64,000 nt of DNA from Callorhinchus milii (Eukaryota): contig NW_024704742.1 of NCBI RefSeq assembly GCF_018977255.1, positions 61,196,001 through 61,260,000 on the forward strand, written 5' to 3'. How positions within the stretch are numbered: the first letter of the stretch is position 1; each line of letters begins with the position of its first letter. This document shows positions 13,221 through 27,939 of the stretch, piece after piece. The notes beneath the pieces were generated by a model. That model saw nothing but the letters and a program-made list of their open reading frames with translations. It did not search any database and was not told the DNA's origin. The translations under genes were made by a program, and so were the position numbers.

Positions 13221-15904
13221 ACTATTTTCAGTTCATGTTAACATGATATTACAATGAATAGCTGCTGACATGTTGCTTTGAGGTATGACTTGAAGAAAAA
13301 GGACAGTATAGTGATTCTGGTTCTTGTTTCTGTTAATTGCCCATTATTCCAAGTGGGTTTTGTTCAGTCCCAGAACTTGAAATGCCCTGAGTTACACTGT
13401 GTGTTGAGCACTAACTAATCTCTTTCTCATACCAATTTCTCTTTCAGATAACTGAAGCAATCAATTAACATTCTTGTTACAACTAAAGTAACAATGATTT
13501 ATAACATACGCTTCTTTGCCTCACTTGCCTTCTTCAAGGCTCTCCTCTTCAACCGTGCCTTCGGTTACTCTTCTGAAGGGAATAGTATCTGTACGCATCA
13601 ATTAATAATGGAAGTAGACTCTTTCACTCCTCCCGTCAGATGGGTGTCAGACACCTGCTGGGATCAGTCACTGTGGATATTCTTAGACATGGTGATGGGG
13701 TTCCACATCTGTCAAGACACTAGGCTCCCCACCCCCCACCAAAAGAGTACTTTTGCCTTCAGGCTGATATTAATTATTTTTCCAAATGGTTTTCTATTGA
13801 GAAGTAAAAACTTTAAGGGATTTGGTGAAATGTTTTTTTTTTAAAAAGTTAGCAATGGCACAGACTGAAAATTTGTTTCTAATTGATTCTATTATCTACG
13901 CTAGTTACTCTCTGTTACCGATCAAAGCTCACTGTTTTTAGCGCTCTTTATAATAGAATAATGTTGTTTCAGCCTGTACGTTTCTTCCCTTCCAGGCCTT
14001 CAATTGCTCTGTCCTTAAACCGTTCCTAATTAATCTGCTGGTACTCTTTTGTCCTCACTACAGTTGTTTCGGGTTTTTGTTTTGGTCTTCAATCTTCCAC
14101 TTCTCTGGATCCTCGTTTCCTCATTTACTTCCACTCTTTGTGAAAGCTTTTTATTCTTGTGCATCTTTTGATTTCTCGCCTCTGCCTCCCAATTCCCCAG
14201 TGTGCTACCTGCCTGATCTAATTTCCTCTTGGTGTAGGTGTAATTGTCTTCTACAAATCTTTTCTTTTTTCCCACTGCTATCTGATTTGCTGCATGTATA
14301 CTCCTCTGGGTTGCTTTTGTCCTTCATTTAAGAACACTTCTCTTGCTCAGATTTTGGAATGCTGGTCTGATCATTGTGCCTGTGCTGCTGGTGCGGTTCC
14401 CAATCACAGTCTCCACTACAATCTTAAATGGGATTTACATTCCTGCCTCAGATAATGTATTATTTATCTGTTTCTGCCTTATTCCGAGTAGCCCCAAACA
14501 GCAGTTCAAATTCTCAATATTGCGTCTCCTTCATTCTTCAGGATCAGCAAAGCTTCTTGCAAAGCTCCACTCGCATTTTCCTTTGCCATTTCTATTGCAA
14601 GATTAGCACTGGAGATATGATCCATGTGATATGGACATCACCTGGTGCATATTATTTTAATGAGATTGAGAAATCAACACCACAAGGTGACCATGATTGC
14701 ACCCTATGCATAAGTATGGTGGCTGTTAGAATTGTGGTGCCTACTGTGGCCAGCAACCATGGAAAAAACATACCTAGTGCTAGAAGACATTTTTTGACAA
14801 CAAAGAAATTGTAACTAGTCTGTAGGTTGGAGTGCCTTCAGCAATTTCATAGTCCCTGGTTTCTCTCCATCCTGCCTTGTAAACAAAGTCCTTTGTGACT
14901 CTGAGTGCCAGATTTACAACATGTTTGTCAGTGTGAATCTCAAAAGGGCTTAAATGTCAAGGCAAATTTCTTCCAAAACCATATCCTGATGATTTACTAG
15001 TTTAGAAAATCTGGCTCCAGGTTTGATTTACCTGGCGAGGGTATATGGGACTGTCAGTGATCCAGTGACAGTATGTTTGGCTATCTCTCTAATTCAGCGA
15101 TTGGTAGATAGGCTGAGTCCAAGATCAAATTATTAGTGTTTGGAACTGTCATCTAGTGATTGATGTTCAACGTTGTGTCAGTGATCCAATGATTGGTGTT
15201 TAGGACTGTGCTAGTGATTGTTATGTGCTGGCATTTCACTGGAAGGCTAGTGTTGAATTTGCTCGTATGGCTCCAAAGATTTCAGACTAACAGATATGCA
15301 AATCCTTAGTCAACTTACATAGCGATTAATTGCTTCGGATATTGCTTGCCGTAAGGTTTACATCCAGTTGATAATTTCCCTGGATTTTCAGAATGCATTT
15401 GATGAAGTACGACATGGATTTTTTTCTAAGTTGATTTGGACTGATGTAAGTCATGGCAAACAAAAGAGAACTGTCTTAGCAATAGAAATTCAAAGGTGAT
15501 AATTGATAGCAAAAAGCTCTGCTTTGGGAGACTGATTCATGGTGTTCCACAAAGACGTGTGTCCATACTGTTCACGTTATTCTGAAGTTTTTTTAGAGAG
15601 GAACATTTCTTCATGAATATATCAGTTTAATCGATTTCAACAAAGCAGCGCTGCCTAAACATTGCATTGGGAGTGTCAGCCTGTACATATTTCGGGGGCG
15701 TGACCCTGCACATGCCAAATCCTGATTCCCAAATGGAATGCTGTAGAGCTATTTCATTTGGACTTTATTAATGCTACACATATCTAGGACTCCAATATTA
15801 AAATAGATTTCATGTTTAAATGAATATTTTGCCCCTTTAACCGACCTATGATACTGACTTGTGACGCCACAACCAAACATCAGGAAGCCGTCCCTTCCAT
15901 CTTA

Positions 15905-16250
15905 TTTAATCTCATCTACCCAGTCTGCCATCCTACCACAGCAGTCAGTGATTTCTTAAATGAGTCCAGTGCCCTGGACTCAACCATTTTTCCTTGTAAC
16001 CTGTTCCAGCTGTTAAGTTGCTTCTGTGCAAATAAATACTTAATGATGTCTGTTCTAAAATTGCCCTCACCTCTGAATCTGTGCCCTTTAGTCCTCACTG
16101 CCTTGGCGCATCTTAGATGTCTCTTCAGTGCTGAAGAACCTCCACTCTTCTAAACATTCCTCATAACTCATCTCTCTGATCTGAAGATCATCCTTGTTGC
16201 ACCCCTCTGCAGTGCATCTAAGGCCTTTTACACCTGTATGTGTGCACATC
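15905..16250 (-). mobile_element. CR1-clade LINE 3' remnant
   Basis: MSYEECLE..and RTKGH..FRTDIIKYLFAQ..NSWNRL..VES..LDSFKKSL, the typical CR1 ORF2 C-terminus (RTRGH...WN.LP...F.K.LD). Confidence 0.75.
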
Positions 16251-18442
16251 TCTGTGGATGAGTGTATGCTAGAGGTCAGGTAAAGAAAACCAGGTTTGTC
16301 TTTGCTGCCCATTTCAGAAGATCTCCTGCCAACTCTCACTTTCAAGGCTAACACATGAAGACTGGGTGAGCTACTAGAGTATGCATAATACTTTTAATAC
16401 TTATGGATTCTTATTACCCTACAGAACATTAATTAGAGAGAAGAAAATTGGTGATCAGCTAACAATTATTTCCCGAGTTGCTCTTTACTGAACTCACAAA
16501 AGAATTTGTATTGTTTTACGATGGCTTTCCCATTCATGATCAATCTATAATCATCCCTTGCTTCTGTTATCCTCCAGCTTTTTCATCTCTTATCTTCATG
16601 CTCGCAGGCATGCTCAGCGCTTCTGACTCTTAATCTGCTTGGTAACAGAGTCTCGATTAGCAGCAGGAGATCTCGCCGATCAACAGCCAGCAGTTATCGA
16701 CTCGTTGCTTTGCTGCTGACAACTGGTGTTCAGGAGCATATTTCATTAAATGTACAGTGTGTGATCCCAACACTGTGATAACTAATTGCTTCAATGAATC
16801 CTGAAAACACTCAAAGCTGGTAGGAAAATAAATGAAAGCATTTTGTGCATTGGGTTTGGAGCATCTTGTAGAGTCAACTTTCTGATTAATGATAGCGGCA
16901 GTTCTGATGATCAGATATTTTGATTTCTGATGTTCTTAGCCGCTAACTGAAAACTGCAATGGTGACATTAAAAGGAGAGACAACAGATCGGGGGCAGGAG
17001 CAAAATAAGACGAGACAAATAGAAAGTGAATAGGAGGAGGTGGAGGACTGAGAGGATAAGACACATTCAACATAAGAAATAAGAATCAAGGATGTGAAAG
17101 AAAGCATAAAGAAACAAGCAAAATGTGAAGAACACTTTACCAAAATTAAATAGCTAAAATAAGAACTGCCTGCTCTTTCTCTACCTTTCTCTTTGATACC
17201 TAACACTTTGGTTTCTATTATTTTCTTTCTGGGGATTGGAGGCAGCGTGTCAGATTGTCTTGCATCTCATCCTAACACAATGACGGTCCTTGTATAGATA
17301 CTTTTAATGGGCATTATGGATACAGTACCATTCATCCACTTGTCTGTGAGGGCGGGTGGAGTAATTGATGCCTTTAGAGATAGCCCTGCAATTTACACTT
17401 ATCAAGGTTATAATGCACTGAAAATAAACTTGGCCGGTTAAAGTTTTCAATTTTTTTTGTTTGTTTGTAGGTGGGAAATCCATGATCAAGGAATGAACAG
17501 CAACATAGTTATTATCCTGCTAATGCGCTCCATCCAAAGCTTCCAAATGTCCTCCCTCAGAATTGGAAAGGTCCTAACTATCATTGAAACAGCTCCTGAG
17601 CCCTATTGTTTGTGTTGAAATTGGAGCAAAACTAATTCCCGAATACGGACTCAGACTTTTTTTCAAATTAGAATTTGAGAGAGATTAGAGGTGGTGGTAG
17701 GAGGGGGCGCAAAGACAGGAGGTTGTATTCTGAAGGAATTTCTCGTTCTATGCCATTATGTAATCCACATATTAGTCCAGATCCTTTTTAAGGATTTGCC
17801 AAAACATCATTTGTTTTTGATGGTGGTCTGATGCATGCAGAAACATATCACCATGCTTAAGAGCATCCAAACCAGAGTTCCATCCTTGCCATCTACACAT
17901 GTAAATTACCAGAGATTGGAATGGAATACACACTGTCTCCACAGAAGGACTTAATTCCAGAGAATATTAGACACAGATTGGCAAAAGCTGAGGTTTGGAG
18001 ACCCCCAGAGTGTTGATTAAAGCACTGCTGAGTTTAACCAGCTAAACTGCATAGCTTGACAACGATAGGATGTATTCCCCATATGTGCTGCACTGGAGCA
18101 GGGAAGACATTTTAATTTCTAATCCCACTTGGAGATCAATTGATTTTGTGTTTCGTTCTCTAACTCTGCTGTTAAATAATTTGCTTACGTTTACAATATC
18201 CGCATCCTTTACTGTTATGAAGACCTGGATTTTGCCCATGTTCTCTCCCTCATCCTTTCTGCACCATCACGCCCCTGATAAGGATCAGTTAATGCTATTA
18301 TGCACTTTTAAATCCTAAAGTTATTCTTACTTTTCTCTGAAATCTCCCATAGCATCGATATCCAATTACTAGAATTCTAAATGTGACCTTCTAAATTAGT
18401 TATATTGGGTTAAGATCTTTCGATTTCCAATTAAATGGAAGA

Positions 18443-18762
18443 GAGTCCTGTAGCTCAGTGGTTAGAGCACTCGCTTTGCAAGCAAGAGACCTGAGTTCAA
18501 TTCCAGGCAGGGCGAAACCTTGGGCAAGTTTCCTTACTCCACACGCCTAATAATAATCCCTCCAAAAACCAAAAACAATAATAAAAATTGGTCATTTTCA
18601 ATCTACGACTGTTTGTGGAACATTACTGTGTGCAATTGGCTGCCGTGTTCGCCCACAAATATACAGTCAATTCACTTTACAGTGTGTTCTGTGAAGCGCT
18701 TTGGGACATCCTCCCGACGTGAAAAGCGCTAAATCAAATGCAAGGATTATTATTATTATTAT
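18443..18762 (+). mobile_element. Full-length tRNA(Ala)-derived Deu-domain SINE, short young subfamily
   Basis: A-box tagctcagtgg, anticodon-like loop tttgcaa, B-box gttcaattcc, Deu-like core ctgtgtgcaattggctgccg, L2-like tail and (ATT)n. Confidence 0.92.
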
Positions 18763-20354
18763 AAATGCTCTTGAGATGCACCCCATCAGATGAAACAGCT
18801 TCATGTTAAATGAAGGCTTCCAGTGAATTGTAGATAATCTTTTCCTGTTCTATGTTTTGTTGAGCGAAAACCAGTTACTGTGTCCACATTGTGCAGGCAT
18901 TTCAAGGTTCACATAATGTCAGCTTTTGTCATTTCAGTAATAAAACTGAGCTTAATGGAAAATTGATGATGAATGAGTATTTTGAGAAATAAAATCTAAA
19001 TAAAGTGTTATGCTGGAGATTCTCATTTTGAATAGGAACTACAGACTTGTTTTGACATGGTACATAGAATATATCTGTATCTGCCACAATTGTAGAGCAA
19101 TTGCTTCAAGTCGATAAAAATCCAAAATCTGAAGAATTAGAAGATAGGATGTTTCTCTCCCTCACTCTTTGAAATGTTTTGCTGCAATTCTAATAAGTAG
19201 CTGTCTGACATCAGTGAAGTGATTCCCCCTCCCCACCCGACCTTCCCCGAAACTACCTCAATGATGTTCATCTATGCAAAGTCTTGCTATCTGCTATGTT
19301 ATTCTGCTTAAGTTTGGTTTTGTTTTCTTTGCCAGCAAGTTCAAGCACTGCTATCAAACCGTAAGGTCAAACTCTAACTCATTAAATAGGTCAGACACTG
19401 TCAATACTGTAGCTCATGCTACCAAATGGTGAATGGCCTACAAATTTCTCAATCCTTTGTGAGCATCAGGTCCAGAAGATTGCCCAGTAGGTGCTCAACT
19501 CATAAAGGGTGTGTCACATGAAATGCTGGATGCAGCAGTAAGGGATTTAATTGCAAAAGCTCTTTTTTAAAAATATTGTGATGTCTTTTTACAAAATGTC
19601 AAGAGGATTTTGCTATTACTTGTGTTGTCTGGGATTTCACCCATTGCGACATTTATAAAAGATCCACACTCCTGTAATGTAGAGATAATGCCACAAGCCA
19701 GTCTGCAAGAAAACATTCAGTCTCATAATGTCTCAGAAATTTATTTTCATTAAATCATCCCTTCCAGGCAATCAGCTCAGAGTTTCAGATGGGAGGCAGT
19801 CATGCATTCATCTATGACTTGCTTTATCCATTTATCAGGGAATAACATAGGTAGTGATAAAATTATGGCTATTGTAACTTACAAAATGTTCATTCTTTGA
19901 ACTTGGTCTCGGGTCCCACAGACTTTACAAAGTGCCTGTCAATAATGATTGTCCACCTACACATCAGAAGCTTTCACTTCTCTTGGTGACTAGTTGGCAA
20001 TGGTGACATTAGAGGGAGCCAAGGCAGCTGTCCTCCAGATGGATCACCTTGTAAACCTGGAAAAGCCCCAGTTGGAATGTTACCAGGGCATTGGCATTAC
20101 ACATGCTGATTTCTGGACCAAGTCAAGACCAGAATCTTGGGATTGATGCATTGTTTTCCCTCTTTCATAATCCAATGGAAGTCACGTACATGCTATATAT
20201 ATTTCATAATGCTGATGGATTCTCAACTGGCAGAAATGTCTTTAGTTGTGCACAATAATGGTAAATGTTTTGACATTTATATTTTGTTTTTTATTCAACG
20301 GATTTTTTGACGCAAGAAATGCCTCCTTCTGTGCTTGAGTTCACATGTCCCCTC

Positions 20355-20960
20355 AACAACAACAACTTGCATTTATATAGAGCCCTTCACACAGGATAGC
20401 ATTCCAGAGCACTTGACGGTGGTGGAGTCTGACACCGAGCCAGGGTGAAAGGGAGGGGGAAGGTGATTGAAAGCACAATCAAAAAGGAAGGTCTTTAGGT
20501 GGGATTTGAAAGTGGGAAGAGAGGGAGCAAGGTGGCGGGATGGAGGCAGTGAGCAAGGTGAGGGAGAGAGTTCCAGAATTTCGGGGCATAGTAGCTGAAG
20601 GCACGGCCACCAATGGTGGAGTGGAGAGGCTGAGGGGCAAACAGGAGGCCAGAGTCAGCCAAGCAGAGGCAGCGGGTGGGCGAGTAGAGGGTAAGTAAAT
20701 CGGATAGGTCGGGAGGTGAGAGGGCATGAAGGGATTTGAAAAGGAGTGAGAGGATTTTGAAATTGGTCCGTTCAGTAATTGGGAGCCAGTGGATCCTGGC
20801 AAGGACTGGTGTGATGGGGTACGGAGTTTAGTACGGGTGAGTATCCGGGGGGGGGGGGGGACCTGAATTAGCTGAATTTTGTGTATGGTGGAGTTGAGGA
20901 GGGCATTGGAATAGTACAGCTGGGAAGTGACAAAGGTGTTGACGAGAGTTTGGGCTGCTT
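20355..20960 (-). mobile_element. L2 LINE 3' fragment
   Basis: (CAA)n cttgcatttatatag tail and homology to the 3' part of the L2 copies at 5181 and 53480. Confidence 0.85.
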
Positions 20961-23900
20961 TATTGTGAGCTACAGACAGAGGCAGGCAAAGGGCATCTTC
21001 AAGACAGAAACCAGGAAGTGTTTCTTTACCCAGGAAGAGTGGTTGATGACAGAACTCTGGACTTCTTTATAAAATAAACAGCTTGATGCTACAATGTGAG
21101 GATGTGATCAAATGGGTCAAAAGGTCTTCTTCATCCGAATCTCTATTGTGACATAAAAGTAGCATATTAATTGTGAGACCTCAGTTTTGTGTACACAATG
21201 GTGTAATTAAAAATGGAAATGTTATTGGAAGAGGTACAGGGAAAGAGCAGGGATTTGGGATAATAGCTCAAGTGGGGGAAACTCTCGCCAATAAAAGCTC
21301 AGTGAGCTGAATGGTCTCCCCCTCTGCTGACATTTCTATGATGAACTCTAACCCAAGGAATAGGTAGATAGTGGAGTCTGACAGGATATTTGACTGGCTA
21401 GTAATCTAGTCAATCCCCATTGACTTTTATCCTTGAACATTTCTATATGTTTTTTTCAGGAATATATTGAAACGGATGAATATGCAGCACTTAAACATAA
21501 TTCAGGTCCAGAGAGGCAGTATGTGCGTGAATGCAATGAAACCACTGAACAATTTCACAATTCACAGAGGTGCATTTCAACCATTAAAAATGTAATTGTT
21601 GAAGTCTGCAAGGTTGTACAGAGATTTTGATGCAATAATGCAGCATTATTAGGTGTTAGGACAACATTTTACACATACATTTAATAATAATAATTTATTA
21701 TTTATTAGCTGCCACTTTGCAGCTAATAAATCTAATTTAATCCAATTCAATTTTGTATTTATGCAAAGCTTCCCTGGTATGATGAGAGACTGTACCTTGT
21801 TTAAAACAAAGTTTAGTCCTGCTGGGCAGATTGGAAATCAAAATGATTTTTGATTCACAGCATATTTGTGAATTTGGTCCATATAGTGTTAAACATCTGG
21901 AACTCCCTGCCTCAATTCCTCTACCTTGTCAATCCCTCTCCCTGCCTCAATCCCTCTGTCTTGCCCCTTCTTTACTCAACTCCATATTGCACCTGAAGAC
22001 TTGCTTCATCAACCTACTTACAGTCACTTCCCCTTTCTCAGCACTCAGACGCTACCACTCTATGTTAATGCAAGTTGTTAAGAGATTGGGGACTGTCAAG
22101 GTACATTGTTAGTGAATCACTGTATAAAGGTTTTACTCATGCAAATTATAGTACTTATTGTTAAATACAAGAGTTTTTTCAAAGAAATGGGTGTGGTATT
22201 TTAGTTGCACTAAACTTAAGATAATGCATGGGAGTAAATGTATGAACATGGCAGATCTATCATGTGTCAAATCGTTTATGGTTGAGTAGTTGTTGCTCAC
22301 ATTAAAATTGAATTAAGTAACTTCACTTAGGCAAGAGAAATCGATTGGGATTCCCACTCCTGAATGTTAATCCAGCACTTGAAGGACAAGGACCAGTTCA
22401 GGCTTGGTTGACATCCATCCTGTGGACTGCTGACAGTCTCTCTGTTGTGGCTCACATATAAGTGAAGGCCAGTTGAGTGATATACCAGATGATGACCAGT
22501 TTCTATGGAATCCCCCAGCCAGTAAAATGGGGTGTGTGTGGGGGGCAACCTACCTCAGAAATAAAAATGAGAAAATTGTCAGAAAGGTAATTATGAGGTA
22601 CCACTCATCCACAAATTATCCTACCTATCCACCAATGGTAGGTCAACTGGTATTGGAAGATAGTGTCACAGTTAATGTCATGGTAGGATTTTGAGGTTGC
22701 GAGCACGAATTAAGGGGATGGGCTTTTTCGCAGCCTCATCACAGGATCTCGCCTTTATAGGTGTCCATAAGAATCACCACATTGGATTCTAACCCTGTAA
22801 CTTAAATGCTGAAAGCTCAGTAGGGAGGTAGGATTGAAGTTCAAAGTTCTTTGTGGATCAGTGACACAGTGACCACTCATGAAGAATCTTCAACTTTGAT
22901 GTGAAAGGTTTTTCAGAAACAAAATCAGATTGTCCAGGCAAATAGAGATTCTGGGCAGCTATCACCTTAAGCTGATGGCCTAAAGAACTAAACAAGCTAA
23001 GTGGTTGATCGTGAAAGCTCCCCCACTGTCTTTCTCAACATTTCCCCCATCAACAGGAGTATTGACCTTCAGGAGCCAAGGGTATAACCATGCACCACTT
23101 AGCACATAAAAAGGCTTCACTTACCAGCTTCACATGTTGCGTTGTTCTGTGGGGATTTATTCTATTCACAATCTGTTGAAAATCTAGTCTGACAACAAAG
23201 CTGTTGTACTTAAATCACAGTAAAAGACTTGAACTTGCTCCCTGTGTCTTGACCTAAGAAAATTTGGTCTGTGTTGCAGCAAACCTCCTTACCCATTCTG
23301 CACAGCAGCTTGCAGATGTTCAGAATGGAGCAAGGATAACAAAAGAAGTGACCTAGTGCGTCTTCACAAATGGATCCCTCCATTTGTAAGGCTGTCTTTT
23401 AGGCCACACTTTCAACCACCTTTCCTACATCCTCCTCTTCCTTGGCTTCCCACCCTCACCTCCCAGGCTAGTCAGTTGTGTGTTTGTTTGAAGAGGTTGA
23501 GATGATTTGAGCAGTTCCTCTCAAAGCCATGCTCATCATTGAGGCAATATCTGTATGCAATCTTCCATTTCCTCTCATTCTGAGGACAGTTCCTAAGATC
23601 TGATTACAGAGCCTAGTGCTTTCACTCGCTGACAATCATGCTGTTTGATCTATTGAAGCTGCATATTGATTGCCCCATAGCAATCCTCACAGGCAGAACC
23701 TACTGTACAAGTGGAGGAGAAGATAAAGCCTAACTCTGTGTCTCGGTTTGTGCCTCTTACTTGAATAGGTTGTTCATAATAGATTTTTGCTTTTGTGATG
23801 GGTGCTCTGTTGGATTCCATTTTGCAGCAAAGAAAAGGTTTGAATTTTCAAGATTCAGCTCTTTGAGGCATCGTGTCACAGATGCTGTAAATCTCTGTAT

Positions 23901-24149
23901 TCACAATTCCAAATGACGATTAGCAAATGCTTCACACAATAAAATTTAATAGATCTCATCACAGAGTAAATGTTCAGAAATTTCAAACCATGATTTATTC
24001 TTAAATCTAACTGATCACATCACTAATTGTACTCAACATCGGAATATAGGAAAGGAAGGAGGCCATTTAGCCCTTGAACCTATTCCGGCCATCTATTATA
24101 TCATGATTGATCTTTACCTCAACTCCAATTACTTGTCTTTGCTCCAAAT

Positions 24150-24390
24150 CTCTGAAAACCAGGTCTGTCTCCAAGCCTATTCGCTCCCCCTGGTACAATA
24201 GTAATCTCCGCTCCCTCAAATCCCAAACTCAGTTGCTCGAGTGCAGATGGTACAAAACTGGCCTCACGGTTCACCACTATCTGTGGCTCGAAAATCTTCA
24301 TATCTACCACTGCTCCCTCTCTCAAGCCAAAACGTCTTTCTGCTCACAGGTATTCTCGAGGCCAAAAATAACCCCAAAATTCTGTTCTTG
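24150..24390 (+). mobile_element. Internal L2 ORF2 fragment
   Basis: RSPWYNSNLRSLK..RWYKTGLTVH and ILEAKNNPKILF, homologous to 54010-54220. Confidence 0.8.
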
Positions 24391-27300
24391 CGCGATTTTT
24401 GCAATGCTTTGCAGTGTCAAAGCTTGTCATGCTTTTAGCACATATCTGATGTGGGAGTGTTTTGTGCCAGATGCTAAATGCAAAGTGGGGAAGAATTCAG
24501 TTCCGAACTGTGTGCTGCCCTTAGCCCAGAGCCGCATAATTCATAAATCAATCCATGGTCAAATACGCGGTGATTGAGTATTTTGGAAACTGGATAAATA
24601 ATAGTCGAGTACTCTGCATTCAATTTATATAAAGCACTTTCTGCTCTGTGCTTTGGTCTGAGATAGAAAATTCCTGTTGAGACTTATTGAATCTGATTAT
24701 CAATCCATCCAGGCTGTGAACAGTTACTGAAGTTAATCAAGTCTTGTGCTCTCCACTATCAATCTAACTGCATTTGTTCAATAAAGCAAATGTTGAAAAG
24801 TCAAGGAAATAGATTAGTTCCTTTTGTTCTTTAGTAACAAAATGACATTTTAATCATAAAACTATTTTCATAAGTGTTGAATTCTAAAAGTAATAGATCA
24901 TGAATTAAAAGGATAGATTTTTCCTGTTATTTTAAAATTGCTTTGATCCAGTGGTGTAGCATTTCTTCTCCAGTAATTTACCGCTGCTGAATTGAAGATG
25001 ATGAGAAAATCTGTGGAGTGAAATTCTGCCGATCGATAGTTGCCAATCTTGCTGCCGTGTGCTTATGAGGCAATTCCATTATAAGCACCCATCGCCATCA
25101 CTGTACTATTACTTACAAGGAGCATATGTGCCGCTGGAAAATATCCCTGGTTGTGAGTGTTTGTGCTCCAAAGCTTTTTCATGCAGCAGTGAAGATATAC
25201 TTTTCTCTCTTGCAAATTTCTGCATGGTGATTTGCTGATCCCCATACAGTCTACAGGGCAGTGTCTAGCAGTGTTTCAGTAAAATGAAACGATGAAATTT
25301 GAGGGGCTCTCATCCCAGATCCTGCCCACGGAACATCATTTTAACTGTATTAAAAGCCACTGTGCAGGGACGTTAGATTTGGGGAAACTATTGGAAACAA
25401 AGAAAAATATGACAAAGTCTTACACACAAAAAAAGGAAGCCTAGTGTAGAAGTAATACAGTTCTGATAAGGAGACGATAGCTCTTCATTGGTTTAGCTGA
25501 AAGAAAAATGTGTACTTTGACTGATATATATTCGGTAGCCCAGTAAATACATTCTGTGTCCATTCTGCTTTTTGAAAAGTTTCTATTGATTCTATTTTTT
25601 GGTCAGCTGGGTGTCTCACACATGCAGAAATCATCACCATATTTGATTATCCACACTAAACTGAGTACCATGTATCCCACCTACACATGAAAATTCTGAT
25701 GTATTGGAATGGAATATATTATAAAATAAGCCTTGCATTTGATATAGTGCCTTATCACTTCGTAAGGACGTCTCAAAGTGCTTCACAGGAATTACTGTGA
25801 AATGGAGTGACTGTAGATGTAGACACATTCTCTCCCTGGAGAGAATTCCAGGGTGTATTTGGCACAAGTTGGCAAGAGGCAAGGCTTGGAGACACCGGAG
25901 TGTGCATCTGGGTTCGGCTGGAGGCTAACCAGCTAAAACTGCATAGCCTGCCATTGAAAGCATAGTCCGGCAAAGTTCCCCACTGCTTGTTCAGCCTACC
26001 TTTTAAGGCTATGCCTTGCAGAGTTATTAGGGCTGATCTCTGCCCTCCCACCAGTTTTTCTTATGTCCTTCCAAGTCTCTGGAGTAATGCCTGGCTCAGA
26101 AACCAGACCACTGAGACCATCACAGAGGGTTGACTCGATTTCAACATTTTGTGGCTCTTTGGAGCCAGTTCAGCTCCATGGAGAACTTATTTACCTCCCC
26201 CACCCACCTGCGAGGAAAGTTGATTCTTAGCTTTTTGGTGTGTTTTTCAGATGCCAGCTAGTGCAATAAAGTTGTTGAATTGTTTAATATTATAAGAAAA
26301 ATGTGTTTTATTCAGAAAAGGATTATTACATCAAATATTGCAGATTGAAAGATGTATTCTGATGTATGCATGAATCAGTAACATTGGATTTCATAAGATT
26401 CAGCTCACAGAAAGAAAAGGGATTCCAGTGGATGTAAAGTCCTGGTATAATGGTCAGTGGGATAAACTGGGATTTCTTTTAAGTTTTGTTTCAAGTTTTA
26501 AAAATAATCCTTGAGAAGTGGAACATGGATGTGTGTTGGTGTGTTTGTTTGTGTAAAGACGAGAGATATGAGCAGTCTTCCCCCTGGGGCAGAACTAGGT
26601 CTGAAAAGATGATCCTAGAAAAATAGTAATCTAATTTTGAGGTGTGGACATGTCTTCAATACTGCAAGCCGAAGCCCCAAGGGAAAAATGTTCCTAGCTG
26701 AAAGTGCTGTGCTGCATAGTGGACAATTCTTTTTTGTAAGTAGATAGGGTAAAATTGAAATCATTTATAATGCACAAATAGCTGGGAAGCTGGTTAGGAC
26801 AGCACAATGTTAACACTGCAACATGCCAGTGGAGCTACAACATTTGCAGACTGTAGTTTCTCACTGGCTTGCACATAACCTTGCATTTCACAGGGAGGAG
26901 GAATGCTCTTTATGTGAGAGCTCACTTAGGATTTGGTATTATTTTTCTAATTTCTGTTGATCTGCAAGATTTCCAAATGGTTTGTTGTGGCAGGAATGTG
27001 TGATTGAAAACCTAGAACATCTATGATGCACAGAATCCTGATTTTATTTTATAGTTCATATTATTTCTAACATTCTTGCTAATATAGATTTCTCCATTTT
27101 TGTTAAATTGGGTTATATCAACACTCGTCCATGTATAATTTCCAATTTCCTGAAAGTCAATAACTGTGTGGCTTATTGAGCAAGCGCTTTGTGTGCATTG
27201 GCAAAGAATCAGACATTAAGGATTGATTTCCATGCAAATCCCAAGTATCACTAAATACAGTATACACCTGTTTTTAATCTGTGTTTTGCATCTTTCAGTA

Positions 27301-27939
27301 ATTAGCCAATAGATTAGGTAATCCCTGATCGGAATGCTCCACCTGTGCGTGAAGTGCTTCTGTTCTAAACACATTTTGATAGTTTCATCCTCCAAATACG
27401 AGAGTCAATAAAATATTGGTTGTTTAGTGGGCGTGGTGATGAGATGTGAGGAACAGGATATCCAAGATTTTAAGGTCTGACCTGTGCTGAATTAGACCAT
27501 TGTTTGACCACTGCTCCAAGGAGTGACTATATGGATGTCAGTGAAAATAGAACTTGGGGAGGTATTTTGGTGGTGGTAGTTTGTGCTCAGTGAATAACAT
27601 GTAAAACCGCAGTGAGAATGGGCACAGATGCTATTACCAGATAATGACATTAATACTTAATGAGAATTGGGAGCTTCTTGAGCTGAAAATAAAATCATAT
27701 GCTTGCTTTTTTTCCCCTCAAATATTCACCCCCTTCTCTCTCCCAAATGTGCTGACCTAGGCCCTGTAAGCCAATTGTAGTGTTAACCTGTTTGAGATCA
27801 GTTAAATCAGCACAGAATAGGATCAAACCACAGATCATTCCATCTTAGTGCATATTGTACATTTCAGCTGCAGTTGCCCATGATCTGGCCTGTACTTTAT
27901 TGTATTTTTATTTTTTTATATTTTATTTAGGTTTCCTGC

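Noticed and set aside
18435..18450. ATGGAAGAG resembling the start of GPM6A exon 1 (MEE...)
   Set aside because: It runs straight into a SINE head, does not continue as MEENMEEGQTQK, and has no donor.
18443..18515. tRNA-Ala(TGC)-like sequence (also at 31956, 35378 and 33760-33825 on the minus strand)
   Set aside because: The acceptor stem is not intact and each copy continues into a SINE body and tail; these are SINE heads, not tRNA genes.
20847..20860. G14 homopolymer
   Set aside because: It lies within a decayed L2; a simple run, possibly of uncertain length.
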